Source: Hormiphora californensis (taxonomy: Eukaryota > Animalia > Ctenophora). From it: a stretch of 64,000 nt of DNA. The stretch is taken from positions 4,216,001 through 4,280,000 of the forward strand of contig CM035351.1 in the NCBI GenBank assembly GCA_020137815.1, written 5' to 3'. Numbering within the stretch: the first letter of the stretch is position 1; every line of letters starts with the position of its first letter. A program made the position numbers and the translations under genes. Positions 60,557 to 64,000 of the stretch are shown here, in pieces. The notes beneath the pieces were generated by a model. The model ran no database searches, was not told where the DNA came from, and saw only the letters and a list, made by a program, of their open reading frames with translations.

Positions 60557-63112
60557 ATGGCTCGTTTAAATGGGTGGGACGTGGGGGCAGTGGTCGGATA
60601 CTTCCTATTAGGTAAGACACTTTGCACTGCAGACTCTGCAGCACTTAACCTAAATACTCTGATGATATGTTCCATAAAAATACCGTCAATATGACAATCT
60701 GCCACAATCGGCCACACTCTTTGCGTTACCGGCACAACTCACTCTGCTCGATAGGTCCGGTGTCCAGTGCCTCTAACTAAAGAACAGATAGTTAGAATAG
60801 GAACAGAGCTAAACAAAGCATAGGCAGGCATTGCTTATAATTTACTGCAACAAATTGATGAATGAATATCAGTTGAGACAGTGGATAAATGAATCGGGAT
60901 ACAATTGTGAACTGTGAAAATGAAAAACATTGGTTTTTAATACATTTTGAGTGATTGTGCTTCAGTTATTGGTGTTGGTGTGTACTCGATGTGGACATCC
61001 AAGAGAGGAAGTGTAAAGGGTTACTTTCTCGCTGGAAGATTCATGACATTCATACCAGGTTAGTGGTAACCATGGTGACGTCATACCAGGTTAGTGGTAA
61101 CCATGGTGACGTCATACCAGGTTAGTGGTAACCATGGTGACGTCATACCAGGTTAGTGGTAACCACGGTGACGTCATACCAGGTTAGTGGTAACCATGGT
61201 GACGTCATACCAGGTTAGTGGTAACCATGGCATTTGTTAACAATTGTACCCACTACCCTCCTCCACAGTTGGTGCGTCTGTGTTTGCCAGTAACATTGGA
61301 TCTGAACACTTTATTGGCCTGGTTGGCTCAGGGGCTGCTTCTGGGATCGGTGTTGGCGCTTTTGAACTTGATGCTACCATTCTTTTACAGGTATGAATCC
61401 CAACAAATCCCAACAATTAATCCCAACAAATTAACATCCTGCCAACCAAATTGTTATAGTCTGTACCGTTATCTAATCACTAATGATAACTAAACACCCT
61501 CCCGACCCCAGGTTCTGGGACATGTGTTTGTTCCCGTGTACATTGCTAGCCAAGTTTCTACACTACCCGAGTATATGGAGAAGAGATTCGGTGGCAAACA
61601 GAGAATCAGACTTTACCTCACATTCCTTTCTCTTGTTCTCTACATCTTTACCAAAATCAGGTACGTCCGCAGACACTTTTTTAGGACACCACCAAACTTG
61701 TTCTAACAGTGCCGCTTGTAGTCGTATTACCGTAATGGAAATACAGTAATGAGACGCACACGTTGCATAACGTGCAGCAAAAAGTGTTCATGTGTTCAGC
61801 ACGTACAAGCGCCCAGATTGGCCACGGTTGCGCGTCGTCTTACTGTATCTCCGTTTTCCATTACCGTTTTCCCACTACAAGCGACCGTGTAACCCTCCTT
61901 CACAAAAGTTTACCCCATAATCTTCTATTTATTTTCATATTTCAGTGTGAATCTGTATAGTGGAGCACTGTTTATAGAGCGGGCACTGGATTGGGATCTC
62001 TACACCTCTGTAATTCTGATTCTCCTTCTAACAGCGGCCACGACAATCACTGGGGGTCTAACTGGTAATTATTTAGCATCCGAATTCCGGGGGTCGCCAC
62101 CGGTCGACATTTTAGTCTTTAGAGAAGGGAGATTTGGGGATATCTGGGAATAAGTGAGACCCGAGTCTCACTGATAAGTTCCCAGAAGTCTCTCCCTCTG
62201 AATAAATTATAATTTCACTGTCCCCCACATAGCGGTGATCTACACAGACACACTACAGACGGTTATCATGCTAAGTGGGGCTGCATTTGTTGCCGCCAAA
62301 AGCTACATGGAAATCGGGGGATGGCAAGGTACAGTTGCACCAATAATCGACTACTTTTTACACTTTTCAAGTTGTCTCTGAGCTATCCAATGTTTACAAT
62401 TGTTACCATGTCCTTCTTCAATTCTCTTTGATTGAAAGCTATGATAATGGTCGGTTACAGAAAATTGTCTGGTAGGTCTGTTGACAAGTTACCGTTCCGC
62501 AATACCAAAGGATACCTATCCTAACACAACGTGTGGTTACCCTCGAGATGATGCTTTTGTCATGTTGAGAGACCCTGTCACTGGAGATATCCCCTGGCCT
62601 GGCTTCATTTTCGGACAGGTAACCAAATATGGGCTGGTAACATTACTAAATATGGTCAGGTAACTTGATTTATTACCAATTACTTATGGGCTGGTTATTA
62701 TACTAACTCTCCCACAGTTCCCATCCAGCATGTGGTACTGGTGTGCTGACCAGATTATGGTCCAGCGGGTCCTGGCGGCCAAGTCCCTTACTCACGCCCA
62801 GAGCGCACTCGTCCTAGCTGGTGGGTACCAAAAAAGATTCGCAGTTCAGTATCATTACATCAGAACTCAATAGGGCACCAAATAGTACCGAGAGTGCTAG
62901 ATCGTGGGGTCACGGTTTGGTGTCCTTATATGATCACTTTGTCACGTGATCCCCATATTTGGATATGTATCACTTCGTACTATTTTTCAGGTTATCTGAA
63001 GTTGTTGCCCCTGTTTCTGATGGTGGTACCAGGTATGATTGCACGGGCCCTTCACCCCGATACAATTGGATGTGCTACCGAGGAAACCTGCCTTGCATTC
63101 TGTGGAAACAAG
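60557..63112 (+). CDS. Sodium:solute symporter, SLC5A1/9/10/11 (SGLT/SMIT)-like; N-terminal half visible
   Basis: [113 protein letters not shown]. Confidence 0.93.
61050..61230 (+). repeat. 31-bp tandem repeat x~6 spanning the splice donor (TCATACCAG|GTTAGTGGTAACCATGGTGACG)
   Basis: Near-identical units start at 61050, 61081, 61112, 61143, 61174 and 61205 (the last is partial). Confidence 0.95.
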
Positions 63113-63449
63113 GTAATGCAGTGTTCACATTATATTACCATGGTAACAAGGTGATTCAGGGTTCACACTACCCAGTTACCATGCCCCATGGTAACATGGT
63201 TGTAATTTTTCCAGTTACCATGGTAACGTGGGGGTCATGTGACCCACCTAATCACGAACTACCGTGAGAGAGAAGGGTTTGATTTCCACCCTTGATTCTT
63301 GAAGGGTGATCAGGAGAGAGGGCGGTATGTGATTAGTAGATTGGGGTCCGGTATCATGAGGAAGCATCCCTGGAATCCACCCAACATTCCCCAAATATAT
63401 CCGGGGTATAAAATATCACCGGGCGGACCGGGAAAAATACTGCAAATCA

Positions 63450-64000
63450 ATGATGCTACTGTTGTTTCTATTACCCTGCTTTGTGGACAGCTCCTACACA
63501 GCCAGAACTCTAGTTGATGACCTATCTCGGTGGAGGGAACCATCACCACCACACCTCTCACCAGTCCTCTCCTCCACATACCTATCCAGCAGATCTCTCC
63601 TCCTTCCCTTCTCCTCATCATCTCTCAGTAACGTGACTGTGACATCCCAAGGGTTCCTCTACCTAGGACCATACGAGGAGAATCCCCACAGAGAAGGAGT
63701 GGTCCTGATAGCACCACTCATGGCGAACTATGTTCCCAACCCCAAGTACCCACAACAGATCTTCCTGGAGACGACAGAGACGGCATTGTACGTGACCTGG
63801 CGGGGGATGACTCTCCCCACCCTCTCTCCCATACTATCCTTCACTTTCCAGGCTCAGCTTCATTCTGATGGAAGTGTTGTCCTACTCTACAAACAGATCC
63901 CTGTGGGGTTGGAGGAACTGAGGACTGATGACCACCCTATACCAGTCATGTGTGGCGTTTCCTTGGTTACAAGAGGGGGAGAGATATTCAACTTTAAACC
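63450..64000 (+). CDS. Plexin-domain-containing (PLXDC/TEM7-like, NIDO-type) protein, runs off the window
   Basis: Open frame from ATG 63450: signal peptide MMLLLFLLPCFVDS, VTVTSQGFLYLG, IAPLMANY, ALYVTW, FTFQAQLHSDGSVVLLYKQIP; missing from the ORF track, probably because it has no stop within the window. Confidence 0.82.
   Translation, partial: MMLLLFLLPCFVDSSYTARTLVDDLSRWREPSPPHLSPVLSSTYLSSRSLLLPFSSSSLSNVTVTSQGFLYLGPYEENPHREGVVLIAPLMANYVPNPKYPQQIFLETTETALYVTWRGMTLPTLSPILSFTFQAQLHSDGSVVLLYKQIPVGLEELRTDDHPIPVMCGVSLVTRGGEIFNFK

Overview
Eukaryotic, intron-rich animal DNA. It is most likely a cydippid ctenophore (Pleurobrachia-like), judged from a recognisable ~110-bp MITE at 54588-54696, ~100-bp introns and a ctenophore-type extracellular domain. 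Host genes in order: most of SZT2 (+, starting upstream of the window and ending at 28238), CDC20 (-), mitochondrial ribosomal L14 (-), a secreted-protein gene (+), a tandemly duplicated membrane-protein fragment, HGH1, carnosine N-methyltransferase and a serpin (all -), a repeat-rich secreted protein (+), a 5'-incomplete PIGU (-), an SLC5/SGLT symporter (+) and the start of a PLXDC-like gene (+). The 13.7-kb SZT2 intron (7737-21404) is a nest of transposons. A splice-donor minisatellite holds a TTAA-flanked element; inside it are an intact intronless LDLa-7TM GPCR and a poly-G-ended element; inside that is a foldback element with an 8-bp target-site duplication (TSD); and inside that is a HERO-like RT-REL retrotransposon. 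Other unusual features: introns built from tandem copies of their own splice junction, a ~1.6-kb inverted duplication centred on a MITE, poly-G/poly-C-ended elements with 7-8-bp TSDs, and a serpin with a GPI-like tail. All calls come from reading the sequence by eye and recalling family motifs. No searches were run, and exon limits are approximate.
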